A stretch of DNA of 64,000 bases from an uncultured delta proteobacterium. GTDB taxonomy: Bacteria; Myxococcota_A; Polyangia; Haliangiales; Haliangiaceae. The notes beneath the pieces were generated by a model. That model saw nothing but the letters and a program-made list of their open reading frames with translations. It did no database searches and was not told the origin of the DNA. The position numbers were made by a program, and so were the translations under genes. Location: contig CAWKDB010000002.1 of NCBI GenBank assembly GCA_963848295.1, positions 1 through 64,000 on the forward strand, read 5' to 3'. Below are positions 9,801 to 18,569 of this stretch, piece by piece. The first letter of the stretch is position 1. Each line of letters opens with the position of its first letter.

Positions 9801-10126
9801 CCATCGGGCAGGTTGCCCGCGAGCAGGCTCTGGAGCGCATCCCTCTTCGCGGTCAGTTTCGCGAGTTGATCGCGCAAGCTCGCGACGGTGGGTGCCGCGG
9901 CGTCGGCGCTCGGTGCATCGGCCGGCGCCCGCCCTGCGTCGATCGATGGCGCGCCCGCATCGACCGACCGGGCTCCAGCGTCGGGATGCGCTCGCGAGGT
10001 GCGCGCGAACGCGAGGACGCCGAGGCAGACAATCGCGATCGCGAGCCGGCGTCGAGCGTCTGCCGCGAGTCGCGCTCCGCACACGGGCGAACGACTGGCT
10101 GGGAGTGCGCGCGCGTGGTGCCTCAT
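6869..10126 (-). CDS. Large membrane protein with a coiled-coil region, multiple TM helices and a C-terminal P-loop ATPase
   Basis: Signal-like hydrophobic stretch, AQQEQRRAEDAQRAAL coiled coil, about 7 hydrophobic segments, Walker A GKSGMGKS and Walker B LIVIDD; abuts mscS. Confidence 0.75.
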   Translation of the reverse strand: MRHHARALPASRSPVCGARLAADARRRLAIAIVCLGVLAFARTSRAHPDAGARSVDAGAPSIDAGRAPADAPSADAAAPTVASLRDQLAKLTAKRDALQSLLAGNLPDGLYTTELFAIDLHDEPTVERRRRELASGLGEPSSRAPGDAGVAAMPSDGGVAAIDDAGRATDELGTLRSEIATRATEVDRLRLAFLKLPRDRRTAVLAAEDVARRNAVDQAAAADDLARAQQEQRRAEDAQRAALAQADQAREEIQRLIATERARIEGARASLAEQRADLSRLRAKQSAAITDRHALAFSLTEASHTVAPGKDADALYDRVVTEVEAARDWLSASLDALDAIEPPTPFELSPALADSNEPVVVRARDELAKNVGDIDALGARLTADRTAAGWQLARADANDAKDLNKVRIELLDKLSSDKRDRTLGFGEEGRDQLRRELEHLTLLARWTWRSELPALAAAVSSLSDWNVLLSFLVRVLGIGLLVGFARWSIGHGRRGLARLPDIIVRGLNRPIVARAALLAVGVLSLLWTPLIVVLLIWVCGQVGAPGLTNPLFGVPYGLVLAYATYRLIVVATFGAIRRLQGKGMVWTAEFSERVLRSVNFVGRIAFAAYILGEISEAILGRGYLYHLVIRAAVVAALPLALILFSRWRADIVDAYVKRRPNGVLARLVQRSRDRWYGFFLALAAFALVVLQWLGNGARRFALSFDQTRKALAYLFRRRLERRGGDLGANAVQVLPPEVAAALAPDTAPADGVLAPWFPGLDAFRADVMTWTGERDRIGSWIVVGKSGMGKSTWLHGAVIAAGLPATRVELATRIVEPAQLLARIAQALALVSAEEATIVAALRDGPRRLIVIDDLQRLALRGVGQLAVWGLLRRIIERTNDRVYWLGACSYYADEFLGWVDRGPAPFCGRTQLARWSEPQIQALLEARLSTTGWRPNYEDVMTVQIDPSQRAIAIANTAREYARLIWDYAEGAPRAALHCWAHSLVPGDARELRVRLFARPPETQLEALDEVSRHVLAALIWHEQLSIDHAATALRFPRSQCDLAFRQLNAAGVIVHSAHGEFAIAIAWWPAVTRYLTRKHLIET

Positions 10127-10287
10127 TGCACGTCTCGCGTTGATAGCGCACTTCGTGGGCCGTCGAGGCGCTGACGGCTGTGGATCGAAGTCTGGACCGT
10201 GAGGATCTCACCGTTGCGCCCTGTAGTGTCGGCGATAACGCGAGGTCGACGTGGGCCCAAGACCGTCGCGCAGCACGAGCACGACCG

Positions 10288-11196
10288 CTACTGAAAGCTT
10301 GCTTCGAAGTCGGCGAGCAGGCCGATCTCGCGCGGGTGCCAGGCGAGGAGCTCGCTCGTGTGCGCGCTCGACGCCGGCTGATCGGCCGCCACGAGCGCCC
10401 CGTAGAAGCCGAAGTGCGCCGCGAGCTCGTCGGGGGACTTCGACGCGACCGGCAGGCCGAGCCGGCGGCCGATCGCGGTAGCGAGGTCGTGCATCGTCAC
10501 GCCCTCGTCGCCGACCGCGTGCAGCCGCGTGCCGGCCGGCGCCTTTTCGATCGCGAGCCGGAACAAGCGGGCCGCGTCGAGCCGGTGCACGGCCGGCCAA
10601 CGCTGCGCGCCGTCGCCGATGTACGCGGCGACGCGTTTCTCCTTCGCGAGCTCGATCAGTCGTGATGCCAAGCCGCCGCGCCAGCCGTGCTCGCTCGCGC
10701 CATGCACGCAGCGAGGCAACCGCACGACCGAGCACCGAACGCCACGCTCGGCCAGCGCGAGCGTGATGTCTTCGGCCGGCGCGCGCAGCGACGAGATCGG
10801 GTTCGAGCGATCGCCGATGTCGTTCTCGGTCGCGACCGCGCCTCGCACCATCGGCGTGCCGGACGCGATCGCGAACGGCTTGTTCGAGCCCGCGAGCACC
10901 TCGCCGATCGTCGCGATCGCGCGCTGATCGACGACGCATGACTCGGCGAACTTGGTGACGTCGCCGTGTCCGAACGCGGTGTGAATCACGCCGTCGGCCG
11001 CTTCGGCGCCGCGGCGCAAGCTGCTCAGATCCTCGAGCGAGCCACGCACGACGGCCGCGCCGGTCGCTGCGAGCGCGTCGGCGTTGGCGTCGGAGCGAAC
11101 GAGCCCCGTGACCCGGTGCCCCGCGCTCAGCAATTCACGAACGATGGCGCTGCCGATGAAGCCGGTCGCGCCGGTGACGAAGATACGCATGGTCAT
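10288..11196 (-). CDS. SDR-family NAD-dependent epimerase/dehydratase
   Basis: MRIFVTGATGFIGS; DGVIHTAF; RWPAVHRLDAARLFRLAIEK. Confidence 0.9.
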   Translation of the reverse strand: MTMRIFVTGATGFIGSAIVRELLSAGHRVTGLVRSDANADALAATGAAVVRGSLEDLSSLRRGAEAADGVIHTAFGHGDVTKFAESCVVDQRAIATIGEVLAGSNKPFAIASGTPMVRGAVATENDIGDRSNPISSLRAPAEDITLALAERGVRCSVVRLPRCVHGASEHGWRGGLASRLIELAKEKRVAAYIGDGAQRWPAVHRLDAARLFRLAIEKAPAGTRLHAVGDEGVTMHDLATAIGRRLGLPVASKSPDELAAHFGFYGALVAADQPASSAHTSELLAWHPREIGLLADFEASFQ

Positions 11197-11252
11197 GCGA
11201 GCATCATGCGCGTCCAGCAGCGGGAGAAAAGACGTGGCAGTTTACCGGTATA

Positions 11253-12191
11253 ATGACTGACAGGTTGCGCATGGCGAACGTCGATCGAACCGCGCCGTCC
11301 TTCGGCAGCGCTGACCGCCCGGGGCAAGCGCGGACCGGCGATGACAACGCGCTGGGCGCGTATCTCAAATCTCGCCGTCGCAAGCTCGATCCGAGCGCGT
11401 TCGGCTTTTCGCCCGGCCGTCGGCGCACCCCGGGCCTGCGGCGCGAAGAGGTCGCCCAGCGCGCGAACGTGAGCACGACCTGGTACACGTGGCTCGAGCA
11501 AGGCCGCGGCGGCGCGCCGTCGGCGGACGTGCTCGATCGCATCGCGCACGCGCTGGCGCTGACCGACGTCGAGCGCGAGCACGTCTATCTGTTAGCGCTG
11601 GGCCACCCGCCGGAAGTGCGCCGCGCCGCCGCGACCGCGTGCGAGATCACGCCGCAGCTGCAGCACGTGCTCGACGCGATCGTGTCGCATCCGGCGATGA
11701 TCGCGACGTCGACGTGGGACATCGTCGGGTGGAACGCCGCGGCGACGATCGTCTTGGGCGACTTCGGCGCGATCCCTGCCGAACGGCGCAACACGCTGCG
11801 GTTCATGTTCACGCCCGGTGCGCGCCCACGCGGTCCCAACTGGGAGCGCCACGCTCGCGTGATTGTCGCGTTGTTTCGCGCCGAGACCGCACGCCTCGGC
11901 ACGACCGAGCGCGCGGCGGCGCTCGTCGACGAGCTGTCACGATCGAGCCCCGAGTTCGCAGCGATGTGGCGCGAGGGCGACGTCGCCGCGCTCGGCCCTA
12001 GCAGGAAGCGGTTCGAGAGCGCCGGTGGCGGTTTCACGCTCGAGTCCTCGACGTTCGCCGTGCACGGTCACGTCGATCTGCACATGATCGTGTACACGCC
12101 GGCGACGCCAGCCGATGCCGCGCGCCTTTGCGAGATCCTCGAAGCAGCGCGCTCACCCGACGGCCGCGCCGCGGATCGCGCGGTCCGATAA
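11253..12191 (+). CDS. XRE-HTH / MmyB-type transcriptional regulator
   Basis: RRRTPGLRREEVAQRANVSTTWYTWLEQGR, PAMI...WDIVGWN and SPEFAAMW; divergent from the SDR; true start uncertain. Confidence 0.9.
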   Translation: MTDRLRMANVDRTAPSFGSADRPGQARTGDDNALGAYLKSRRRKLDPSAFGFSPGRRRTPGLRREEVAQRANVSTTWYTWLEQGRGGAPSADVLDRIAHALALTDVEREHVYLLALGHPPEVRRAAATACEITPQLQHVLDAIVSHPAMIATSTWDIVGWNAAATIVLGDFGAIPAERRNTLRFMFTPGARPRGPNWERHARVIVALFRAETARLGTTERAAALVDELSRSSPEFAAMWREGDVAALGPSRKRFESAGGGFTLESSTFAVHGHVDLHMIVYTPATPADAARLCEILEAARSPDGRAADRAVR

Positions 12192-12199
12192 CCACGCGG

Positions 12200-12480
12200 T
12201 TATCGCCGCGACACCGACTCGGCTGCGGTCGTGCTGACGGGCAACGAGTCGTGACCGATAAAGTATGAACGTAGCTCGCGCGCGACGAGCTCGGGCTTGT
12301 CCTCGTCGAGCGCTGCGGTGTGGCCCACGCCGGCGAGCGTGACGCGTCGGGCGTGCGGCAGGATCCGAGCGAGCTCATCGAGGCCCACGCGCAAGTCGCG
12401 GATACTGCGGGCGCCTCCGAGCAGGAGCACGTCGCTGCGAATCGTCGCGAAGCTGTCGAGCAGCGGCGCTGCTTCGCTCA
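12200..12480 (-). pseudogene. C-terminal fragment of an alpha/beta hydrolase
   Basis: VLLLGGARS...LARILPHARRVTLAGVGHTAA...PELVARELRSYF only. Confidence 0.6.
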
Positions 12481-12797
12481 ACGCGTTCACCGAGTCGCTC
12501 GCGCTGGAGCTCCAGCCGTTCAACGTGCGCGTCAGCCTCGTGCTCCCGGGGCAGTCTCGCGAGACGCCGTTCGGTCAAAACGCGCGTGCTCGCATGCAAG
12601 AGCAGGGCGTGGTGGTTCCCGAGCCGTACTCCGACCTCCCGCGGCGCGTGTTCGAGAGAATCACGGGGCAGCCCTCAAGGCCGCTCACCCGGCCGCTCGA
12701 CGTCGCCGAGGTGATCTCGCGTGCGGTGCACGAGCCATCGTCCGCGATCCGTCAGCCCGCCGGCGCGGACGCCGTCGAGTTGGCCAAGTCGCATTGA
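12468..12797 (+). pseudogene. C-terminal fragment of a classical SDR
   Basis: NAFTESLALELQPFNVRVSLVLPG...PAGADAV; YxxxK and the Rossmann fold are missing. Confidence 0.65.
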
Positions 12798-12822
12798 GCA
12801 CCGGCATCTCGGTCGGTCAGAT

Positions 12823-13617
12823 CTAAGCCAGCCCGCGCAAGAACGACGCGACCGCACTTGCCAGACGATCGGGTTGTTCGAATGGAAGACCATGGCCGGC
12901 GTCGTGGATCTGCTCGATTCGCACGCGTGGGTTGAGGCCGCGCAGCTCCGTTGCCATCTCGAGCGTGACGACGGTGCGATCCCCGATGACGAGCAGGATC
13001 GGGACGTCGATCGCGCTCACGACGTCGCGATACGCGGGGTTGGGTGGCGCGAGCACGTCGAAAGCATCGATCCTCGTGTTCAGCCTGGCCTCGGCAAGGA
13101 GCTCGACGATCTCGGCCGAGCGACGCGGGTGCCGAGCTCGGAGGTCCGCGACGACCTCGGACTTCGGCCAACCAAGCAGCCGGCGGTGTTGGGCCGCGAC
13201 GTCGCTATCGCGCACCTCGCGCTGGCGCTCTGGGCTCAAGAACGTCGGGTCGACCAGGATCAGGCCTCGGATGGTCGCCGCACCTCGACTCGCGACCACC
13301 GCGGCGGTCATCCCCCCCATCGAATGGCCGACCAGCACCGGACCAGAGAGCTTCAGGCCGTGGATCAGGCCGACGACGTCGCTCGCGAGATCGTCGTACC
13401 GGTACCCGTGGTGCGGCGCACTCGAACCGCCGTGCCCTCGTGCGTCGGGCATGACCACGTCGAAGTCGCGCTCGAGCGCGCGCGCCAGGGGAGTCCAGCA
13501 GGCGCCGCTTCCGGTCAAGCCGTGGAGCAAGACGACGGGAGGTTTGAGGCCGCCGGTCTGGAGGTAATTAACGCTCACGCCGTTCGTTGCGCAGCTCCCG
13601 CTGATCCAGGTCGCCAT
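12823..13617 (-). CDS. Alpha/beta hydrolase
   Basis: LLHGLTG, DARGHGGS, GHSMGG nucleophile and AGHGLPFEQP. Confidence 0.9.
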   Translation of the reverse strand: MATWISGSCATNGVSVNYLQTGGLKPPVVLLHGLTGSGACWTPLARALERDFDVVMPDARGHGGSSAPHHGYRYDDLASDVVGLIHGLKLSGPVLVGHSMGGMTAAVVASRGAATIRGLILVDPTFLSPERQREVRDSDVAAQHRRLLGWPKSEVVADLRARHPRRSAEIVELLAEARLNTRIDAFDVLAPPNPAYRDVVSAIDVPILLVIGDRTVVTLEMATELRGLNPRVRIEQIHDAGHGLPFEQPDRLASAVASFLRGLA

Positions 13618-13755
13618 CTGGGCAGAGCATAAGATGGATATGCCCAGATGGGACTGCGTGCGCTCAGGGGGGCCAAGGCGCTTTACGAACGCACGCTTCC
13701 ACCGCACTGGCGGTAGCGCACGACACTCGGAGCACGGCCGTGGTGACGGCGGCGT

Positions 13756-14310
13756 TCACGGCGCCTGCTGGAACACCGTCGCGGTCAGTACGCCCTGGAG
13801 CTGGGGCGCGACGGCGCTGCTGACGTTCGCGATCGCGCTGCCCGGATCGCCCGACACGGCGCGCACCTCGATCGTGTGAGAACCGGTCGCGACCGTGAAC
13901 GTGCGGCTGAACGACCAGCTCGCGACCATCTGCGCGACGCCGGTCGTGTTCGCGGCGACCACCCGGCGCGCGGCGGTCGATTCGAGGTTGTCGATGAAGA
14001 TCTCGATGTCGACGGCGCTGAACGCGCTGCCGGTCCCGGTGCATTGCAGCCCGCCGTCGGTATGCACGTTGAGGACGGCGCCATCGGGCACGTCGACCGT
14101 CATCGTCAGGCCGGGGATCAGCTCGGGCGCGGTGGTCGATGCGGACACCACGAGCTGGCCGCTGCCGGTAACTTCTCCGAGCAGCGCACCGGGGCCGGCC
14201 GGCCCGGGCACGCCCATGACGCCCATCGGCCCGGCCTCGCCGGGCTCGCCCTCGGCGTTCGGACCACACGCCGCGAGCACCATCAACGCGCAGACTTGCC
14301 AGCTGCTCAT
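13756..14310 (-). CDS. Lipoprotein with a short collagen-like stalk and a beta-rich head
   Basis: LAAC lipobox; GEPGEAGPMGVMGVPGPAGPG Gly-X-Y run. Confidence 0.7.
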   Translation of the reverse strand: MSSWQVCALMVLAACGPNAEGEPGEAGPMGVMGVPGPAGPGALLGEVTGSGQLVVSASTTAPELIPGLTMTVDVPDGAVLNVHTDGGLQCTGTGSAFSAVDIEIFIDNLESTAARRVVAANTTGVAQMVASWSFSRTFTVATGSHTIEVRAVSGDPGSAIANVSSAVAPQLQGVLTATVFQQAP

Positions 14311-14491
14311 CAGGCCAGCGTACCCGCTGGGCCGCGCGGCTCACCACTTCTTGCCTGCGACTTGCCAGGTCGCGACGTCGAGCCGGTTCCAGCAGCGTCG
14401 CGTCCGGAGCGGGCGTCCGCGCGCATTGCCGTTCGAAGACGCGCTGGTAGGTTCCGCCTAGGATCTCGAGCTTCCTCGAAAGGATTTCGCG

Positions 14492-14839
14492 ATGACGACA
14501 CATGCTGTTCACGATCGGCACGAGCACGTCCATGGCGCCAGCTGCGGTCACGCCGCGATCCAACACGACGGTCACGTCGACTACCTGCACGACGGCCACC
14601 TCCATCACGCGCACGGCAGCCATGTCGACGAGTGCGTGATCGCCGTCGACGCGGCTCATCCAGCGAGCTGCAAGACCGGGCACGTCTGCAATGCGCACGT
14701 CGCCAACCACGTCCATGGGGCGGGATGCGGGCACGAGGCGATTCCGCACGGCGATCACGTCGATTACATCGTCGAGGATCATCTTCACCACGTGCACGAC
14801 GGCCACTGCGATGACCACGGCCCCGTGCGATTCATGTGA
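14492..14839 (+). CDS. Small His/Cys-rich putative metal-binding protein with an internal duplication
   Basis: 28 His and 6 Cys in 115 aa; two copies of HVHGAxCGHxAIxHxxHVDY..xHLHHxH; RBS-like AAAGGA upstream. Confidence 0.8.
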   Translation: MTTHAVHDRHEHVHGASCGHAAIQHDGHVDYLHDGHLHHAHGSHVDECVIAVDAAHPASCKTGHVCNAHVANHVHGAGCGHEAIPHGDHVDYIVEDHLHHVHDGHCDDHGPVRFM

Positions 14840-14950
14840 TCCTCAGCTGCGGTTGTGGTCAGGCGGCTACGCTACTTCGGAGACGTGGAGTCGCGAGTTC
14901 GCCGTGCAGACGCGTTGACGCCGGATCGAAAACTTCCCAGAGTCGGGGGC

Positions 14951-15409
14951 ATGAAGAAGATCTCGATCGTGGTTATCGCGGCCCTGTCGTTGGCTGCGTT
15001 TGGCTGCAAGAAGAAGAGCGCCGGCAGTGGTAGCGGCAGCGGTGCCGTCGGGGGCGGGGGCGATTGCAGCGCCGCGATCGCGAACAGTATGGAAGTCTCG
15101 AAGGCCGAGATGACGAAGATGCCCGGCGTCGACGACAACGCGCTGGCGAAGATGCGCGACCTCGCGGTCAAGCACTGCACCGACGACAAGTGGTCCGACG
15201 ACGTCATCAAGTGCATGGTCGGCGCGAAGACCCAAGCCGAAGCGCAAGGGTGCTACGGCAAGTTGACTCCGGAGCAGCAGGACACGATGAACAAGGCGAT
15301 GATTCACATGATGGCTCCGCCGACCGGCGGCGCGGGCTCCGCGGGCACCGCAGCCGAAGCCGGAAGCGCCGCGGGCAGCGGCTCGGCAGGTAGCGCCGCG
15401 CCGAAATAG
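14951..15409 (+). CDS. Cys-containing lipoprotein, hypothetical
   Basis: MKKISIVVIAALSLAAFGC lipobox; helical domain C..HCTDDKWSDDVIKC...C; GS-rich linkers. Confidence 0.8.
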   Translation: MKKISIVVIAALSLAAFGCKKKSAGSGSGSGAVGGGGDCSAAIANSMEVSKAEMTKMPGVDDNALAKMRDLAVKHCTDDKWSDDVIKCMVGAKTQAEAQGCYGKLTPEQQDTMNKAMIHMMAPPTGGAGSAGTAAEAGSAAGSGSAGSAAPK

Positions 15410-15483
15410 CCGGTCACATTGCCCGCCTGGCATCCGTCATAGCCGTGACAACCGCGCGAGCGGGACAACACCGAGGAACACAG

Positions 15484-15876
15484 ATGAAGATCAAGGTCAC
15501 CAAGCTGTTCGTCGACGATCAGGCCAAGGCGCTCCGATTTTACGGCGAGGTGCTGGGCTTCGTGAAGAAAGCGGACTTCTCGCAAGGCCCCTATCGCTGG
15601 CTCACCGTGGCGTCGCCGGACGATCCGGACGGCATCGAGCTCCTGCTCGAACTGAACAGCAACCCCGCGGCGAAGACTTTCCAGGAGGCGCTGTATCAAC
15701 AAGGCCAGCCCGCCGCGATGTTCAGCGTCGATGACGTGCAAGCGGAGCACGACCGCTTGAAGAAGCTGGGCGTGACCTTCACGATGCCGCCGACGAAGGT
15801 GACGGGCTCGACGATCGCGATGCTCGACGACACGTGCGGCAACCGGGTCCAGCTCGTCGCGCTCGATCGCCGCTGA
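15484..15876 (+). CDS. VOC/glyoxalase family protein
   Basis: FVDDQAKALRFYGEVLGF; DDTCGNRVQL; RBS GAGG. Confidence 0.92.
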   Translation: MKIKVTKLFVDDQAKALRFYGEVLGFVKKADFSQGPYRWLTVASPDDPDGIELLLELNSNPAAKTFQEALYQQGQPAAMFSVDDVQAEHDRLKKLGVTFTMPPTKVTGSTIAMLDDTCGNRVQLVALDRR

Positions 15877-15877
15877 C

Positions 15878-16720
15878 CTACGTGGTCGCGACGAGGAGCT
15901 CTTCGGCGCCGAGCGGCGGTCGCAGGCCATCGCTGCGGCCGGCGAAGTAACGCTCGGCCACGGTCGCGGCCGACACGTGCTGCACGGTGCGAAACCCGGC
16001 GTCGCGCGCGAGCTGGAGCAATTCGGCCGGCGTGAAGAAGCTGACGAACGGCGTGCCACTCGCGCGGGCCCCTTGCCGCGCGCGTTCGAAGCCCTCGCGT
16101 AGCTCGGGTTCGGTCAGCGCCGGCGGCAACAGGAACGTCATCGCGAACGTCGAGCCGGGCGCGAACGTGGCGACCTCGCGCAGCGTGGCGGCGTTCGCCT
16201 CGCGGGTGAGGTACATGCTCACGCCGGCCGACGCGATCACCGCGGGCTTGCTCTTATCGAAGCCGGCGGCCGCGAGCTGCCGGGGCCACGATCCACCGGC
16301 CTCGAAGTCGACCGGCACGAAGCGCAGGCCGTCGGCGATGCCGAGCCCGAGCTCGATCAGGCGCTGCCGCTTCCACGCCTGGGGACCGGGCCGATCGATC
16401 TCGAACACGCGCAGGCCCGGCACGCGGACGCGCTGCGCGAACGTATCGAGCCCGGCGCCGAGGATGACGTATTGCTCGACGCTCGTGCGCTCGAGCACGA
16501 GATCCTCGATGAACCGCGCGCGGCCCACGATCGAGGCGCGGAACATCCGCGTCGCGTCCGGATCCATGTCGGGGCGCGCCCGCCACGCCTCGTCGGGATT
16601 CGCGAGCGCGAGACCGATGTCGTCGGTCAGGACGTGCGGCGGCGCGTCGACCAGGAGGTGCAGCGCTCGCCACAACGCGACGCGCACCGCCGTCGGATCG
16701 GGGGCTGCCGTTTCGCTCAT
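15878..16720 (-). CDS. SAM-dependent methyltransferase (LCM family)
   Basis: RARFIED, QYVILGAGLDT, VFEID, FVPVDF and GVSMYL. Confidence 0.9.
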   Translation of the reverse strand: MSETAAPDPTAVRVALWRALHLLVDAPPHVLTDDIGLALANPDEAWRARPDMDPDATRMFRASIVGRARFIEDLVLERTSVEQYVILGAGLDTFAQRVRVPGLRVFEIDRPGPQAWKRQRLIELGLGIADGLRFVPVDFEAGGSWPRQLAAAGFDKSKPAVIASAGVSMYLTREANAATLREVATFAPGSTFAMTFLLPPALTEPELREGFERARQGARASGTPFVSFFTPAELLQLARDAGFRTVQHVSAATVAERYFAGRSDGLRPPLGAEELLVATT

Positions 16721-16767
16721 CGCTTCTTCGATATCACGCCTACATGCGTTCGTGAGAGCATGGTTTC

Positions 16768-18270
16768 GTGCGGCGCAGACTGTCCATCCTTGGCGTGCTC
16801 GCGGCTTGTGGCGGCGGTGGTGGCGGTGGCGGCGGTGGCGGCGGCGGTGGTGACGGCGGCGGTGTCGACGTCGGAGTGCCGGCCGCCGTGTGCAACGCGG
16901 TCAATCCGGTCGACGTCTCGTCGCCGACCGCGGTCGTCGGCAGCGGCACGGCGGGCAGCTGCACCGAAGCCGCGTTGCAGACCGCCGCGACCGCCGGCGG
17001 CACGATCGTGTTCTCGTGCGGCGCGGTGCCGGTCACGATCGCGATCACGCAGACGATCACGTTCGCGAACGAGACCGTGCTCGATGGCGGCGGCACGGTC
17101 ACGCTCGACGGCGGCGGCGCGACGCGCATCCTCTACTTGAGCTCCGACTACAACACGACGACGCCGACGCTGACCGTGCAGAACCTCGCGTTCCACGCCG
17201 GCCTCGGACCCGCGACCGGCGACGACACCGCGCGCGGCGGCGGCGCGATCTATCGCAACGGCGGCAGCCTCGTCGTGATCAACTCGCAGTTCGACGACAA
17301 CCACGCGGGCGCGACCGGACAGGATCTCGCCGGCGGCGCGATCTACGGCTTCGGCGGTGGCTCGACCACGATCTCCGGCAGCACGTTCACGAACAACTCC
17401 GCGAGCGACGGCGGCGCGGTCGGCAGCCTCAACGGCGACCTCACGATCGTCAACAGCACGTTCGCGAACAACTCCGCGACCGGCACCGGAGGCAACCCGG
17501 GCGACGGCGGCTGCGGCGGCGGCATCTACATGGACGGCAGCAAGGAGGCGACGTCGCTGTGCGGCGTCACGATCGCGAACAACCAAGCGGGCGCGATCGG
17601 CGGCGGCTTCTTCCGGGTCTCGAACACCCACAACGGCTCGTTCGCGATGGATCGCTCGACCGTCGATAGCAATATGGTCACCGCGGGGGCCACGGGCAAC
17701 GCCGGCGGCCTCTATCTCGAAGGTCTCGCGATCGAGCTCACCGCGAGCACGATCTCGAACAACCAGGGCGCGTACAACGGCGGGATCTGGATCGACACCG
17801 CCGCGGCGAACCTGACCAACGTCACGATCGCGGGCAACACCGCGACCGCGAGCAACGGCGGAGGTGTCTGGCTCGCGAGCGCGACCGGCACCATGCTGAA
17901 CTGCACGATCGCGAACAACCAGGCGACCGCGAGCGGCCAGGTCGCCGGCGCGATCTTCGGCGATGGCATGACCGTGACCAATACGGTCATCGCGAACAAC
18001 ACCGCGCAGTACGATCCGAGCTGCGAGGCGCCGCCGCTCACCGACGGCTCGGGCAATCTGCAGTGGCCGGCCGGCTCGCTGTGCACCGCGGCGCCGCTCG
18101 TCGCCGATCCGATGCTCGGTGCGCTCGGCGATAACGGCGGAGACACCGCGACGCTGCTGCCCGCGGCCGGCAGTCCCTCGGCGGGCATCGGTCACGGTTG
18201 CCCGCCGACTGATCAGCGTGGCAACCCGCGCGCGGAACCGTGCACCGCCGGTGCGGTCGAGCTTCCCTAG
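16768..18270 (+). CDS. Beta-helix surface lipoprotein with Pmp-like GGAI/FxxN repeats
   Basis: LAAC lipobox, Gly14 linker, repeated GGAIY / FTNNSA units and C-terminal DPMLGALGDNGG...DQRG...C.AGAVE. Confidence 0.85.
   Translation: MRRRLSILGVLAACGGGGGGGGGGGGGGDGGGVDVGVPAAVCNAVNPVDVSSPTAVVGSGTAGSCTEAALQTAATAGGTIVFSCGAVPVTIAITQTITFANETVLDGGGTVTLDGGGATRILYLSSDYNTTTPTLTVQNLAFHAGLGPATGDDTARGGGAIYRNGGSLVVINSQFDDNHAGATGQDLAGGAIYGFGGGSTTISGSTFTNNSASDGGAVGSLNGDLTIVNSTFANNSATGTGGNPGDGGCGGGIYMDGSKEATSLCGVTIANNQAGAIGGGFFRVSNTHNGSFAMDRSTVDSNMVTAGATGNAGGLYLEGLAIELTASTISNNQGAYNGGIWIDTAAANLTNVTIAGNTATASNGGGVWLASATGTMLNCTIANNQATASGQVAGAIFGDGMTVTNTVIANNTAQYDPSCEAPPLTDGSGNLQWPAGSLCTAAPLVADPMLGALGDNGGDTATLLPAAGSPSAGIGHGCPPTDQRGNPRAEPCTAGAVELP
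16810..16851 (+). repeat. (GGY)14 trinucleotide tract encoding poly-Gly
   Basis: Mixed GGC/GGT codons directly after the lipobox Cys. Confidence 0.85.
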
Positions 18271-18527
18271 CTCGGGGTCTTCGTGATCAGACTGTCGACC
18301 GCATGGACCGGCGGCGCCGAGCCGTTGATCAGGTGCTTGATCGCACCGAGCACGAGGCGTTGTTGCTCGAGCAGGCTCTTGCCGGCAAACGCCGCCGACA
18401 CCACCGAGATCGTGTAGTGACCGCTACCGCCCGACGACTCGACGGTCGCATCGGGCAGCTTGGCCTTGATCGAGGACGAGATCGCCTCGTGGACGTTGCC
18501 GACGAAGTCGGTGGGATGATCGCTCAC
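18267..18527 (-). CDS. BolA/IbaG family protein
   Basis: GHYTISVVSAAFAGKSLLEQQRLV...VHAV. Confidence 0.85.
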   Translation of the reverse strand: MSDHPTDFVGNVHEAISSSIKAKLPDATVESSGGSGHYTISVVSAAFAGKSLLEQQRLVLGAIKHLINGSAPPVHAVDSLITKTPS

Positions 18528-18569
18528 CGGCCGACGGTACCGCGTTCTCGCGCGCGGTCGAGCACGGCC

